From contig NC_045697.1 of NCBI RefSeq assembly GCF_009834535.1, positions 96,722,001 through 96,786,000 on the forward strand: 64,000 nt of DNA, read 5' to 3'. Shown piece by piece: positions 24,630 through 37,299 of this stretch (its first letter is position 1; every line of letters starts with the position of its first letter). Under the pieces are notes generated by a model. It did no database searches. It was not told the DNA's origin and saw nothing but the letters and a program-made list of their open reading frames with translations. Source of the DNA: Camelus ferus (lineage: Eukaryota). Both the position numbers and the translations under genes were made by a program.

Positions 24630-25400
24630 AACTGACAGAGATTGTACACACTCACTAGAAAAGTAAAACTATGCACAGCACTAAATTGTGAACACTTACA
24701 ACTACCCTGCTGGAAGTGTTAAAGTGAAAATCAGCTGTTATGCCCAACATCTAAGGACTTCTAATTTATTTGAAAATTGTGATTTTATGGAGATAACAAG
24801 AAGATGTCAATATCAGGATTGGTTAGATTAATTCAAAGCTCTGACTGACTGCACAATCAAACTAAATACTTATTATCCTTCAGGTTTTAGAACTGCTGGT
24901 GCAGGCTAACTGCAATGAATAATTTGATATTTTTTTCAATAATTATATTGTCAAGGACCAGAGAAAAGAATTTTGAATTATAGTAATACATCGTGGGGAG
25001 GGTATAGCTCAAGTGGTAGAGTGCATGCCTACCATGCACAAGGTCCCAGGTTCAATCCTCAGTACCTCCTCTAAAAATAAACCTAATTACCTTCCCTCCC
25101 CTGCCAGAACAAACAAACAAACAAACAGAATACATCATAATCAGGAATGGACCATTTTAAAATGTGACCATGCAATATGGTACCAGAGGCTGTTCCTGGA
25201 CCCAGAGTTATATGAACTGATATTTCTGCAAATAGTTGCATTACTGCCAAGGACTGTATTTAGGCCAAGGTTGATACAGAATGGAATTGTAATTTAAGAT
25301 TACAGATCATCAATCAGAGCAGATGTGTATATGTTACACAAGGACCAAGCCAGCCATTTGTCAGGTGTTGATGAATTCAGATTAAAAAATCAGAAAAATA
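24630..25400 (+). mobile_element. Putative ancient Ty3/Gypsy-type reverse transcriptase remnant, split by a SINE
   Basis: Collinear frameshifted peptides RLYTLT, EDVNIRIG, KALTDCTIK.KYLL, IHHNQEW, QSYMN, LYLGQ, ICQVL parallel Gypsy RT RLYxLS, KDGxLRLCIDY, RALNxxTIKNKYPLP, IREGDEWK, FQxxMN, VYLDD, HVRQVL. Judged by eye only. Confidence 0.45.
24995..25128 (+). mobile_element. tRNA-derived SINE (Vic-1-like, camelid)
   Basis: ggggagggtatagctcaagtggtagag (A box), ggttcaatcc (B box), aaaaataaacctaattacc, (AAAC)n tail; TSD aatacatcgt / aatacatcat. Confidence 0.9.
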
Positions 25401-26336
25401 TAAATGAATATGCAGGAACGATTAATAATAATGGATATAAACACAACCCAGATTTTTTCTAATTCTTTCTTTTGGAGAAATTAGTCATGGTTGAAGAGGA
25501 AAAGAGGGCAACTATTGTAATACTCCAGGTATGGGGCAAAGTTATGAAGTTCATATCCCAGAATCAGGGTCAGATTGGGAACGTCTAAGTGATAATACAC
25601 AAATTTTGGAACTGAATTGAAATCTCAAACAAAGAAACCCAGGTGCATAGGAATAAACAAATTCCCATTTGAATGCTGTAAAAATAATGATAATCCACAG
25701 AATATTCCCGTATTTGCAACAGACTAGAAGACGTCTGGCTTTGACTTTGTTTTAGCAAAGAGTAGCTGATTGTTATTTTACATCATCATCCTTCCAACTA
25801 ACATAAATCCTTGCTTTCCAGAAGAAGGGAGAGGTTGAATGCAAATATTTGTGTTGACTCTCTAGGAATTTACAAATATCCAGGCTCAATTTTGGAAAGA
25901 AGGACTTTCACTGACCCAACCAAATTTGACATGGCAGCAACTACTGAGAAATCAGAAAAGAACTGGATACACTTACAGTTAAATAAAAGGAGAATTTTGA
26001 AGATCTTGAGTTGTAAATAGGTCCTCAGTGATTGAGTCCTCAGTCACTGATAATACAAGAAAAGTGATGATAAAAAATTATTTTTTAATAGGACAATGTG
26101 AGAGTGTTTGCAAAGTTCTTTCTCTCCCTCTAATTTCAACCTTGATACTTTATAGACCCTCACCTTTGAAACATGTGAATAAGTAAAAATATGATGTCAT
26201 AAAGTATATGAGTTATATGTCCTTTTCTGGAATTATAAGAGTAATAATAAATACATTAAAATTTACTAGATGGATCAAATTTTATACCATAGCAAGCCTT
26301 ATGGAGGACACTGAATGAAGCTACTGTGTTGCTATC

Positions 26337-26520
26337 TGTATTAGTTGGATCTCCAATCAGAGAGCAAAGTATACAGTAATTTGGACAGGGAAAGTTTAAT
26401 ATAAATCATTATCAACCTTAACAGGAGATTGGAGAAATGCAAATTTGATTAAAAGAGGTAAAGGGAACAATAAAAAAAAAATAGAAACAGCAAATATAAG
26501 GAGTAGCCACTAACCCCAAT
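26337..26520. mobile_element. Old LTR fragment (LTR78-like)
   Basis: tgtattag...caatcaga...acagggaaagtttaatataaa...ggagtagccact. Confidence 0.4.
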
Positions 26521-26911
26521 TTCATAATGTGCTAAGGTGTGTCCTAAATGTTAGAAAGTTGCTTTTTCGTTTTGTTTTGTTTTTGTGGAAATTTGAACTC
26601 CCAAATGTGAGAGTGGGAGGAAAAGTTTTGAAATTGTTGTTCAAGTTTATTTTTGATGCTTGCTAAATTAGAAACATAGTGCTAGTATTTGAGTTTAAAG
26701 TATTGATATACAAGGATATATATGCTATACAGTCTTTCAATTGGTGGAAAGAATTGGGAAATATAAAAATTGGGAGAAAAGATTGGAAACAACTTTAAAA
26801 TATTTAACTTTTTAATAACTAAGGAAATCATATATTTCTTATCTAAATGAATCTCAAATGGTTGTCAGCAAATAAAAAGTCAAAAACATATGTAAAAATA
26901 TGTGTCCAATG

Positions 26912-27706
26912 TGTTGGAAAAGACTTACTCTTCCTTTATGTCTCTTACTTCCACATTACTATCACACTCACACTTCTGGCACCAGGTATGCAGAGGTTTT
27001 GCCCACATCAATCTATTCTCCAGTTCTCAAGGGATACTGAATGAGTGTCCCACAAATTTAACTCAGTTCTGATACTACCTGAAGATAACGTCAGATCCTA
27101 GAGGTTAAGGGCTCAGCCCCAGCAGACTGTGGCCCCTCATTTAAAAATCAATCTCTAGTCCAGATTGTCATCTGTGCCTCTGATTTACTGACTATAAATC
27201 AGAGATTCCTAGTACCCTCTCCTCATGTTCAATTAATTGGCTAAGTGATTCGCAGAATTCAGAGAAACAGTTTACTTACTAAACTACTGGCATTATTATA
27301 AAAGGACATAACTCAGGAACAGCCAGATGAGAGGCATAGGGCAAGGTATGTGAGAAGAGGTGCACCACTCTCCCCAAATCTCCATGGGTCCATCAACCTG
27401 GAATCTCTCTGAACACCCTCCCCCCCTTTTTTTTAATGTAGGCTTTATTCAGTAGCCCCAGAGTGGGATGAAAGTTCCATCTCTCTTCACTTGGTTCCTT
27501 CTTTTGGCAACCAGCCCCCATATTTAAGCACTTTCCCAAAGCCACCTCATTAAAATAAACTCAGGTGTGGTTGAAAAGGATTTGTTATGAATATCAAGAG
27601 GCATTTATTACTCTTATTAGGAAATTCCAAGGGCTTTATGAACTCTGTGTCCAAACTGGGGACAAAAACCAAATACGTTATTTTTATTATAAATCACAGT
27701 ATCATA
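26912..27706 (-). mobile_element. MER21-like solo LTR
   Basis: gtcagatcc.agaggttaagggctcag, ggacataactcaggaacagccagatg, terminus ttattataaatcacagtatcata. Confidence 0.85.
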
Positions 27707-29157
27707 ATGTGGAATCGTCATATAGGATATTTTAAGCATCAATAATACAAACAACTAAAGTGATTCAATTTTATTTAGAAAAGGCCTGCCTGCAGCCTAC
27801 TGCTTTCATTAACAGTTAGTTTTGAGAGAAGTTCAATCCATAGTGGTTGTTACTGTATTTGACTCTTTGAGGTCAAATACTAAACAGAGAAAGAGCTAGA
27901 AATGGAAACAACCATAAATGAGCTTAGGGGCAGAAATTCTCTGCTTCCAATCCTTTTTATTTTATTTGAAGCATGTTATGAAGCATGACACAATCTACAT
28001 GAATTCTCAGAAGCAGTGCAAAACCTTTCAAAATTCACAGCTTCTCCCTTAGTCATAAGCTACATCTTCCCCTCTTTCATTTTTTAAAGCTGAAAAACTA
28101 TAACTACATGCTATAGTATTCCTCACATAACATATTTAGTTTACTTTAACAGATATGGTCATTTGGCTATAGACAAAAGAAACTTAAGTCTGGCAATTTT
28201 GAATAAAATTGGGATTTATTTTAAGGATCTAAGGGGAATTAAATAATTAAACAAAAAGTTTAAACCCAGCACCAGAAAGGACATCACCTATAACTTTCAG
28301 TGTCTCAGAGGCTAAAAATGAGCTAAAGAATTTGCTACTCCAAAGTATGTTTTTTTTTTCCCAAAAGAAAGGTGAATGCTTTCTGGGTGACTGAAGAGCA
28401 ATAAATATCTGCTGTAATCTACATACATTCATGTGTTCAACTAATAGTCAGTCAACTATGGTAAGACATTGCCTAGGAAAGTGATTATAATAGATGTGAA
28501 GGCTTATGCTTCCAGGATGACTGGCCAACAGTTTGGAGAAACATCCTGCTACTATCTAAGTCCCAGATATGTTTTATATGTCACAGAATTAATTTAAATG
28601 CTCTAATTCACCTATCGATAGACATGATATGTGATAAAGTACTGGTATTTAAATTCAGCACTGTGGCTTATTTATCCTTTCAACAAGTGTTTATTGAATG
28701 TCTTTGATGTATCAGCCTCTATTATAAGTGCTAGAGAACAATCAGAGAGCGTAACAAATAAAAGCCCCTTCCCTTTTTCTTAATAAAAAGATACTTTGTC
28801 ATAATTGAAGCTTTTCCAGAATATATTTGACTATATTTATTTCATATTCAATTAACTATGAATGACCTGAACATCTCCTAAAAATCTTAGGCACTCAGTT
28901 TTTTGGTATACTTCAGCATTTAAATTTATATTACAGTATGTATCAACTAACAATGAAGATGGTGAGTATGTAGAGTGAGTGGAGTGATCTTTCTATGCTG
29001 GCAGAGAGGTAGATACACATCTCTGACTCTCCAGATCTATCTAAGTGCACGTACTATAAACCTTGGTTGTGACAGCTCTTTTTCTTACACTGGTACCTAT
29101 ATTGTTTTATCCAGTTGGAATATTTAAACAGCTTAGTAGACTCCACAGAATATACTC

Positions 29158-29718
29158 TGTCAGAGAGGAAGAAATTTTCCTCTACATTTCTAGGTTCTCC
29201 TGGACAGTCTAAAAATTAAATTCACTTGAGACAGATTAACAAGAGAAAATCAAACAAAAATTTACCAACATGTACACACAAAAGAGACTGAGGAAAACGG
29301 AGTAACTCATTAAAATGTTCAAAGCCCTCACTTTAAATACAATCTTCAGCTAAAGACAACAGAGGATGTTGGGGTAGTAGTTTGGGACTTCAAAGGTGAG
29401 GAAGGCAATTCACATGAAGATAGAAAAGCAAATGTTTGGTAAGCAAATGTTTGCTGGGCCATGCACAGACAGTGGGACACAGAGAGAAATTTAACAGACT
29501 TCGCTAGGTTCTGCCCTGTCTATACACCTAGTTCATACTATAGCTTTCTATGGCGATGTTCCTTTCCTGGAACAGGTCCTCTATCTACATTCTTTTAGGC
29601 AATTAAGAGGAAGGAAAGTTTCTTCCTGAGTCCTTTGGGCCTTGACTTTTTTTTTTTCCCCCAGAATGATCCACATGCCAAAGATACACTTTGGGGTGGC
29701 AAATTTTGCTCTCCTTCA
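29158..29718 (-). mobile_element. ERV1-type solo LTR (MER34/39-like, family A)
   Basis: TG...CA termini, perfect 4-bp TSD actc; homologous to 39664-40214 and 49604-50136. Confidence 0.92.
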
Positions 29719-29729
29719 ACTCATACAAG

Positions 29730-30120
29730 GCTTTTATTTAAAAGCAAAGGATATGTGCAGGGAGAGAAAGAGAATGCTGATATGCATCATGTGTCCAAGA
29801 GGCATTCCACAGCATAAGGTGCCCATGGACCCAACCATATTCATGAAATATGCTTAACATGCCTTGAATTGCCAAGATCTGTACAAGGAGTGTGAGTTTT
29901 GGGACAGGCATCAATGAGTGAAGCTTCAAATGAAGGATTCTTATAAATCCCTACATTCATACCATCAAGTCAGGCTTATCTAACCAGTTAGGCTAGTCTT
30001 AAGCCATCAGTAAAGAAATTAGCCATGGGGGTTGCCTTGGGAGTTGCTAAGAGCAGCTTAGATGTTATACGGCATATCATAAGTCCTACTGCCCTTATGT
30101 TGGCCAAGAGTCAAACACCA
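29730..30120 (-). mobile_element. Possible decayed ERVL-like pol (RNase H) remnant
   Basis: Minus strand has FFTDG, a YTD-like segment and WVHGH in RNase H order; very degenerate. Confidence 0.25.
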
Positions 30121-30399
30121 AACATTTAGGCATTCCCAAAGATAAAGATAGAATCTATCCACTCAGCTGTGAATCACCTCAGTCTCTAAAATACCTCAAA
30201 TGATCATGTTCAATTCTCTCAGTAGGCTGAATCTCTTTTCCCACCCTGTAGATGGGATCAGAATTTAGTCCCTAAACTCCAAATCCAGAATGGGATGAGA
30301 GATCACAAAATGACAATTTTCTGCTGTGATGATCATCTTGGGTCAATCTGGAAGACTCTTTGAGGACTGATCCTCATTGTTCTCCTTTCTCAGGCCATA

Positions 30400-30830
30400 C
30401 TAGAGCTTTGCCGACAGTCTGAATGAGAAGGTCTTCATGGTTTATTTTTTCCTCTGCTGGAATGATCTTCCAGAAGTATCTTTATATTAGCTTCATCACT
30501 TCCTCAATGTCTTTACTTAAAAGTCACCTCCCAGTGGTACTTGTCCTGGCCATTCTTTTTAAAAGTTTCAACACCTTCTTGCCCAGTCATTTTATATTCC
30601 CTTTCTCTGATATATATATTTTTTTCCTTCTAAGCATTTATCACTATATAACATTTATAATATTTTACTAATTTATTTTGCTCACTGTATTTGTACCTCA
30701 ACTGTAGGTAAACTACAAGGGATAAATTTTTTTTCCTGATTTTTATACTATCTTATCACCAATCCCTAGAACAGCATCTGCCATAAAATAGGTAGTCCAA
30801 AAATATTTGTTGAATGCAAAAAATGAATGA
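30400..30830 (+). mobile_element. L2 3' end
   Basis: ccctagaacagcatctg.cat...aatatttgttgaatg...aatgaatga. Confidence 0.8.
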
Positions 30831-30925
30831 TTGAACTTTGGGATTGACCTAGGCAGTCATTAAGCCCAAACACAAGATCCTTTCTCATTTGGACCCTGAT
30901 TTGGAGTTTATTTTCTTAAACACAT

Positions 30926-31695
30926 TTTCAAATTGAACTTGGATCTGCTCACCCTCTGTACAGCAAAGCCAATCTACTGACACTGGGCTGTGGTGCAGGA
31001 AAGTACACCATTTATTGCAGGGTGCCAAGCAAAGAGAATGGGCAGCTCCTTTTCAAAAGACCTGAATTCCCTGATGGCTTTCAGGGAAGAATTTTTAAAG
31101 GCAACATTTGGGGTAAAAGTTGTAGCTTGTGGACTTTCCTCTGATTGACTGGTGGACAGGTGATGTTTTAGGAATCTTAATCATCAATCTGCTGGTTCCA
31201 ACCAGTGTGGGATCTATGTGCTTATTGTCAGCATGAAGTCACCATCCTCCACCTAGATGGGAGTGTTAGTTTCTGCAGAACAACTCAAAGATACTCATCA
31301 AGTTGTTATGCATACCCCTTGAGGAGGAATTAGAACTCTGTTTTATCACTGAACTATTGGTTAAGCTGTGGTTACCTTTCTTGCTTGATTACTTTTGTTT
31401 CTGCATTCTCTCACTTCTCTAATTAGCAACTGCTTGAGTCTGCTCTTTGAAACTCAGGGAAGGCCTAGGAGACTAAAGCTTTTTTTTGCAAAGGAGAAAT
31501 GGGGGACAGAGAGGGGCTTTTGTACCTGGGAAGGTCCCATAGGGTCCTGCTAGGTTTCAGTCCCCTCCCCCTTTCTTTCAAGTTCCTTAATCCTGAGGAG
31601 AACAGGGATAAGATAAGAAAGGGAATAAATGTTTAGTTAGAGAGGTTAATCATAGTCTTGACAGGGGAACTCAGTTTTAGGGGGACTTAGTTTCA
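30926..31695 (-). mobile_element. ERV1-type solo LTR (family B)
   Basis: Homologous to 61947-62483 (tttattgcagggtg..aagcaa.gagaatg, aaaagacctgaa, ctgcagaacaactcaaagata); ends gtttca. Confidence 0.85.
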
Positions 31696-31780
31696 AGCAT
31701 GATTTTCAGTGAATATGTCACCTACATTTTTTACAGTACACTACACAGATTCTAAGATACTACACAATTCATTGTACATT

Positions 31781-32679
31781 TGAAAGTGAGCAGGACCTTG
31801 TGGGCACCCCGTCAACCCCTGCTTCTTGTTTATACATAAGTTGATGTCTCCCAGGCCTCCCTGAGTCACAGAAGAGCTGGCTCAAGCAGTTGATTAGGAT
31901 AAGCTTGCAGGCATTTGGGGATGGCAGCATCTCTGACCACCTATTTCAACGATTAACTGAGATTATTCCTTCATTTCCCTATAAAACTTTCATGGCTGAA
32001 CAGAATCTTTGGAGATGTTTTATTGAGGGGGATGCTGGGTCCACTAGATTGTAGGCATTCTGATTAAAAGCAACTTTTCTTTGCATTACCAAGGCTGTTG
32101 TCTCCAGAATCTGCCCCTCCCTCAAATAGAAACCAATTACTCTTATCTAAGTCTCAGGAGACAGCTACATAGAAGAAACAAGAACTGGTTAGAACCCACC
32201 CAGTCCAAGATGGTAGAAGATATGACTTCCAATGGACCTTGAGCCTCATTATATTAATGCTCACTGTAATGTATTAGCATGCTAAATGACACACCCACCA
32301 ATGCCATGACAGTTAATGACTGCCATGACAACAACCACAAAAGGACTGAAAAACTCAAACAAGGACTGATTGGCTGCACACTCGGAATGATGACACCATG
32401 ATGGAAGCCTCTCATAAAAGTTCATGTGGCCCAACCTGGGCTGGAGCTGTCTCTACCAGCCATCTTGGCTGACAGCTCCCCGCTCAAGCACTTTTTCCTC
32501 ATTGAGCGATTTTCTTCCCTTCTCCCTGCTCAAGCACCTTCCTTCCATTTCCCCTTCTGAGCAATAAAGCAGCTTTTCATTTTGTCCCTCTGCCCTCTGC
32601 TCAAATTCTTTCACAGCTGGTGACAAGAACCCACATTTTGGTGGGCTTCCTAGCTTAGGGATCCCTACATCCACTAATA
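31781..32679 (+). mobile_element. ERV1-type LTR(s), MER41-like, probably two fused pieces
   Basis: TG start, ccctataaaa, attaaa; then ccaagatgg, gcatgctaaatgacacacccacca.tgccatgacagtt, aataaa, aaattctttc...acaagaaccc. Confidence 0.75.
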
Positions 32680-32861
32680 CTTTGTCTACATAATTTTTAG
32701 ATTATTAACTTTTCACTCCAGGTTGCCCAGGCTAAAAATTTGGAACTCATTCTCACCTTCTGTCTTTGTCTTACACAGCACATTGAATACATAAGGTAAT
32801 GAAGGGAAGCAAAATTTGTCATCCCAAAATATGTCACTTTGGCATGTGGATTATTTTGAGC

Positions 32862-33228
32862 TGTTGAAAAGAAACACCAAGCCCCAGATGGAATTACTTG
32901 TTCTAAGCCCCACCAAGACTTCATACTTCACCTAATGGTAGTTTCAGACTTGCCCAGGAGTGGAATTTTAAACAAATTAAGTCTGGAATTTTCCTAGTAA
33001 GGTAACTGCACAAGACCCACTCCCTTCCCCTAAGGAAAGGTGATCATGTCTGAGATAATCCACTTATCTTTCTTTTCCCATCTCCTTTCTGCCTTTAAAA
33101 ACTTTCCATTTTGTACAACTCCTCAGAGCACCTTTGTGTTTGTTAGATGGGTTTCTTACTATTCATACATCATTTAATAAAACCAGTTAATCTTTAAATT
33201 TATTGGGTTTAATTTTTGGTTTTTAACA
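32862..33228 (+). mobile_element. Nested ERV1-type solo LTR
   Basis: TGTT...AACA termini, perfect TSD gagc, internal aataaa. Confidence 0.9.
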
Positions 33229-33594
33229 GAGCTAAAGACAATCAAAACCCAGTAGATTCAGGCAAAGTTCTTTATCTCACTCTCAACTCCCTAAATCTAC
33301 ATTGGAGAGGGGCCTGATCCAGAAAGGGAGCCATTACCAGAGATACTTTTTACCTAGCAAACTTATCTTTATAACAGGGCAACCTGTCTTTCCCAAGAAT
33401 CTCTCTCACCTTCCTGTGAATGATCTTCCTCCCCTTTGTATCCTCATTTCCCTACCCCCTTTAGCTCAGGATGTTATATAAGCTTCAGTTACCTGGCTGC
33501 CTTTGGAGTCTTTATATCTTAATGAGGCTTCCATACATGTGCAATTTTGTTTTTCTCCTGTTAATCTGTCTTCTATAGATTTAATTATTAGATC

Positions 33595-34119
33595 TGTTAG
33601 GCAGTTTAGATAGGAATGAGTACTGAACAGGGGGAGAGGAAGGCAAAAGAAACAACCCATGCACTTCTGCATTCAGTAAAAGGGACTCCAGACATTTTTA
33701 TTTTCCCTAAATGAGAGCCAGCAAAAGAAGCCAGTTAAAATCAAAACGCTGCAGCTGCCCAAAGAGAAGGACCTGGAGTAATCTGACCCCATGAACCTGC
33801 CCAAAAGTGGATGGGTGTGCCAGAGCTGAGTTGTTAATCAACCTGTTCACTCAAAGAACTTGAGCCATTAACCAATCAGTCAACCACAAAAATGCCCCTA
33901 AGCCAGGGTATAAGATGGAAAACAAAGGAGTGGTGCCACTTTTCCTCTCTTGGAATGGCCCATTGCCAAATCTCGGAAGTGTACTATCTTTTACTATCTT
34001 TTTACTTCACTAATAAAAATCTTGCTTATATCACACTTTCTGTCTCTTGTGTAAAAATTCTTTTTTTTGGGGGGTGTCTAAGAACTGAGGTAATTCTTAT
34101 TTCCCTTTTGCCAGTAACA
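33595..34119 (+). mobile_element. Nested ERV1-type solo LTR
   Basis: TGTTA...TAACA termini, perfect TSD gatc, ccaat/tataa/aataaa in U3-R order. Confidence 0.9.
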
Positions 34120-35857
34120 GATCAACCAAAGAATCTAGAAGAGAAGAAGAGAAAATGTTTCCATCCCTACAGTACTGTGGTGGGCTCTACCTGTTTCCAC
34201 TCTTATTTCCTAACTGTTAATACTTAACAAAGAAGCCAGGTCATTCACTCAAAACTCTCCAACAGCTCCACATTTGGTTCAGAGTTAAAATCCAAAGTCC
34301 TTAACGATGGCTTGCAAGGCTCTACTTAATCTGGTCCCCCATTGCCTCTCTGACCCACTTTTCTACTTCTCTCCACAATGCTTCAGCCACATTGTCTTTC
34401 CTGCTCTTCTAACATGGCAGATATATTCTTCCCTTAGCACCTTTTCACTGCCTGAGCTTTCTTCTGCGTTCTGCTCCTCTGATGACTATGTGGCTCATTT
34501 CTTTACCTTTTGTATGTCTCACCTTCTCAGTGAGGGTTTCCCTGTCTATCTTATTTAAAACTGCTACATCTCTCCCTCTAAAGTAGCATTCCTGACTCTC
34601 CCTTATCCTGCCCTACTTTTTTTTTCTGTCACAAAATTGAATCATCTTCTAATATAATCTAATTTACATATTACTATTAATTACAGTTATTGTCTCTCCT
34701 TCCCCATGAGAATGTAAGTTCCATGACACCAAGGATTTTTGTCTATTTTTTTTTCCACTGATCTGTCCTAAGTGCCAGGCACAAAGTAGGCATTTGATAA
34801 ATATATAGAGAATAAATTAGTGCAAGTGAGAAGTCATCTTGCATTATTTTTCTTTATTTTATGTATTATTTGTTTTAGTAAGAAATATATGGACAGTGGA
34901 TTATTAAGTAGTCTTTAGTTCCAAAGGAAAGAAAAATTTAAGAAGAATCTAGAATGTACCATTCATTTGTTTTTTTGTTCAACAGATATTTAGCTATCTG
35001 TAATATACCAGGTCCCAATCTAGATGGTGACAGAAAGGTGAATAAGTTGCACTTCTTCCATATCCTGAGCAAATGTTACAACAAAGTATGGTCCGGGCCG
35101 TGCATACAATCATACAGTACTTCAAGTTTCCCCAAAGTGCTCAGTTTGCTTTTTAGTTCTTGGCTTAGTAATAGAAAAGCAAATATTGCAGGGCCTTATT
35201 ACTGCACATTGCATTATAAATAGTAAAATATGTACACAAGTGTAACTCCATTAGTGTTAATGACAGCGAGGAACATACACCCTCTTCAAAGCGTCATCAT
35301 GCCCCAAGAAAGATCTATGAGCTGCAGTTCTTTTGGAACAGCTATTTATTACAATGCTTTATTAGGCATACAGCACCTAATAAGGACTCTACTTTCTAAA
35401 TTACAAGACTCTTTCACTGAAAAAGCATTTTGCTGTTAAGTATATATTATTAATAGGTGTATAACAGTCTGTTTCATCTTTTAAAAATCTTTGGAAAGGT
35501 TGCAGACCTTTTTTAAATGATTAGACTTGCTAGGGTTTTCCTTGCCCGGGGGTGCTCTGCTCCACTTGCTCCACTGCCTGGGGCAGCAGGGTGAACTCAT
35601 TTCCTTTGTACCAAAATTGAGAGCTGACTACCTCTTGGTTCAAGAGTACCTTACTGCTCATCAGGCATTATATTATCTTGCCAGGCACCACAGGAGAGTT
35701 ATCATGGGGATATTGCTGATTGCTAGACTGCACTTATAGCTGATAAATATGCAGGTGTGTAGAATATTAAATGACTTTATTAGCAATCAACATATTTTGC
35801 CATTAGGTTCATCTGTACGATCAAAAACTAGCAAAAATTAGTCTAGTATTTTTAAAC

Positions 35858-36402
35858 TGTTGGGGCTCAGGGAAGGCCACCCTGAAATATGCCAAAGTGG
35901 CATATTGATTATTTTGAATTAAAGTTACTTAAAAAACAGCTGGTGCAAGAAGGACACTCTGACCCTCTTCTCTGTCTCCCTGAAAACAGAAAATACATCT
36001 CTAATTTGAAAGGTACCCTCCCTGTACCAGGAGGTAGACTGACATCCTTATCACCAGAGATAGGAAAGTCAGGGCCTTAAAGGCTATATAAAGAAATCTT
36101 GTTACTTCCTTACTAATTTATATTAATATTTATTTAAGCCGAAAGTCTGTATGGGTTCTTCACTGATTAAGCACACAAAGCCTAAGTTTCTTTGTCCTGT
36201 CAATTCCTCACAAATTTATTGTTTCTTTGTCTGTAAAGTTTAAGGATGCCTGCTTTGATCACTCCTTGAGTACCATTTCTATGAGACCTCCATGTGTACA
36301 AATTAATTTTTTTTTCTCCTGTTCATCTGTCTTGTGTCAATTTATTTAGACCAACTAAAAGAACTTAAGAGGAGTAGGATGAAAATTTCCCCCTCCAAAA
36401 CA
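35858..36402 (+). mobile_element. ERV1-type solo LTR (family C)
   Basis: tgttggggctcaggg.aggccacc...aaca; TSD aaac/aaat; same 5' end as the reverse complement of 49393-50903. Confidence 0.88.
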
Positions 36403-37299
36403 AAATCAATTTAATTATTTTTTAAAACCCTTTTTTACTCTTTTAAATACAGTTCCTATTTGGATGAAGGGTGACTAAAGTTACGTGAAATCACCAAAGC
36501 ACTACGTCCCTACTGCTATCCTCTTTTTGAATGAATAAATATCAGTAATTTAAAGGGAAAGCAATTTCATAAGCTGAATAGAAAAAGCTAGCGGCAAATC
36601 AACATTTTTCAGTTCAGTAAAATTGACAACCCAGCACACTTACAAATATAAATGCTAAAATTGAGGGCTTTATCTAAAGATAAGTGCAAATGATAAAAGC
36701 AACGTTCACCTTTTAATTTTATTATTAGAAATTTAGATTAGAGATAATAAAATTAAGGTATCCATTTTCCATAGTTGTTTTTTTCCTGATATATCTGAAC
36801 CACAGCAACAGTGACATTTTTATTTTCATGTATATCCTGATTTATTAAATGTATTATTATATTTCAGGTGATTAGATGTCTTGAAAGTTTTAGAGTGGTC
36901 TTCTGCCATTTTACTGTCCATAACCATGGTGATATGAAAGTTTAAAAAACATAAGCAAAATTCATGCCATTGCATTTCAGAAAGACTAGTGCTTATAGGA
37001 TATCAATAAGAAACTGCAGAAAATATCAGCAAAAACATGGAAAGCAAACTTGAACCTCAGGTAGTTATGTATCTAGATTTAACTAGAAATTGAATTAAAA
37101 TTTTGCAGCATTAGCCACTGAACTTTGAATATCAGTCTGTTGAACACTAACTTACAATCAACCAATGAACATACACTGATATTTAACAATATGCTCACAT
37201 GTGAATTTTATCAGTAATTTCTTCGGACATGGCAACATATTAGATTTTATCATCTTCACAATGCAGAAGTTTAAAATCAAATTTTTCACTCTAACAGCA

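Larger units (their letters stand above)
32800..34171 (+). mobile_element. ERV1-type solo LTR (related to family A) hosting two LTRs
   Basis: tgaagggaagcaaaatttgtcatcccaaaat...tccctaca; TSD gtaa/gtac. Confidence 0.9.
32700..34820 (+). mobile_element. L2 element split by the LTR nest
   Basis: caggttgcccaggctaaaaatttgga..., resuming with actcaaaactctccaa, aaatccaaagtcctta, gaatgtaagttccatga, agtgccaggcaca.agtaggc. Confidence 0.8.

Noticed and set aside
24995..25070. tRNA gene (also 49055-49130)
   Set aside because: The tRNA-like head continues into a SINE body and A-rich tail with TSDs.
36868..37060. Plus-strand exon (tttcag ... cag|gtagtt)
   Set aside because: Weak donor site and no recognisable coding sequence.
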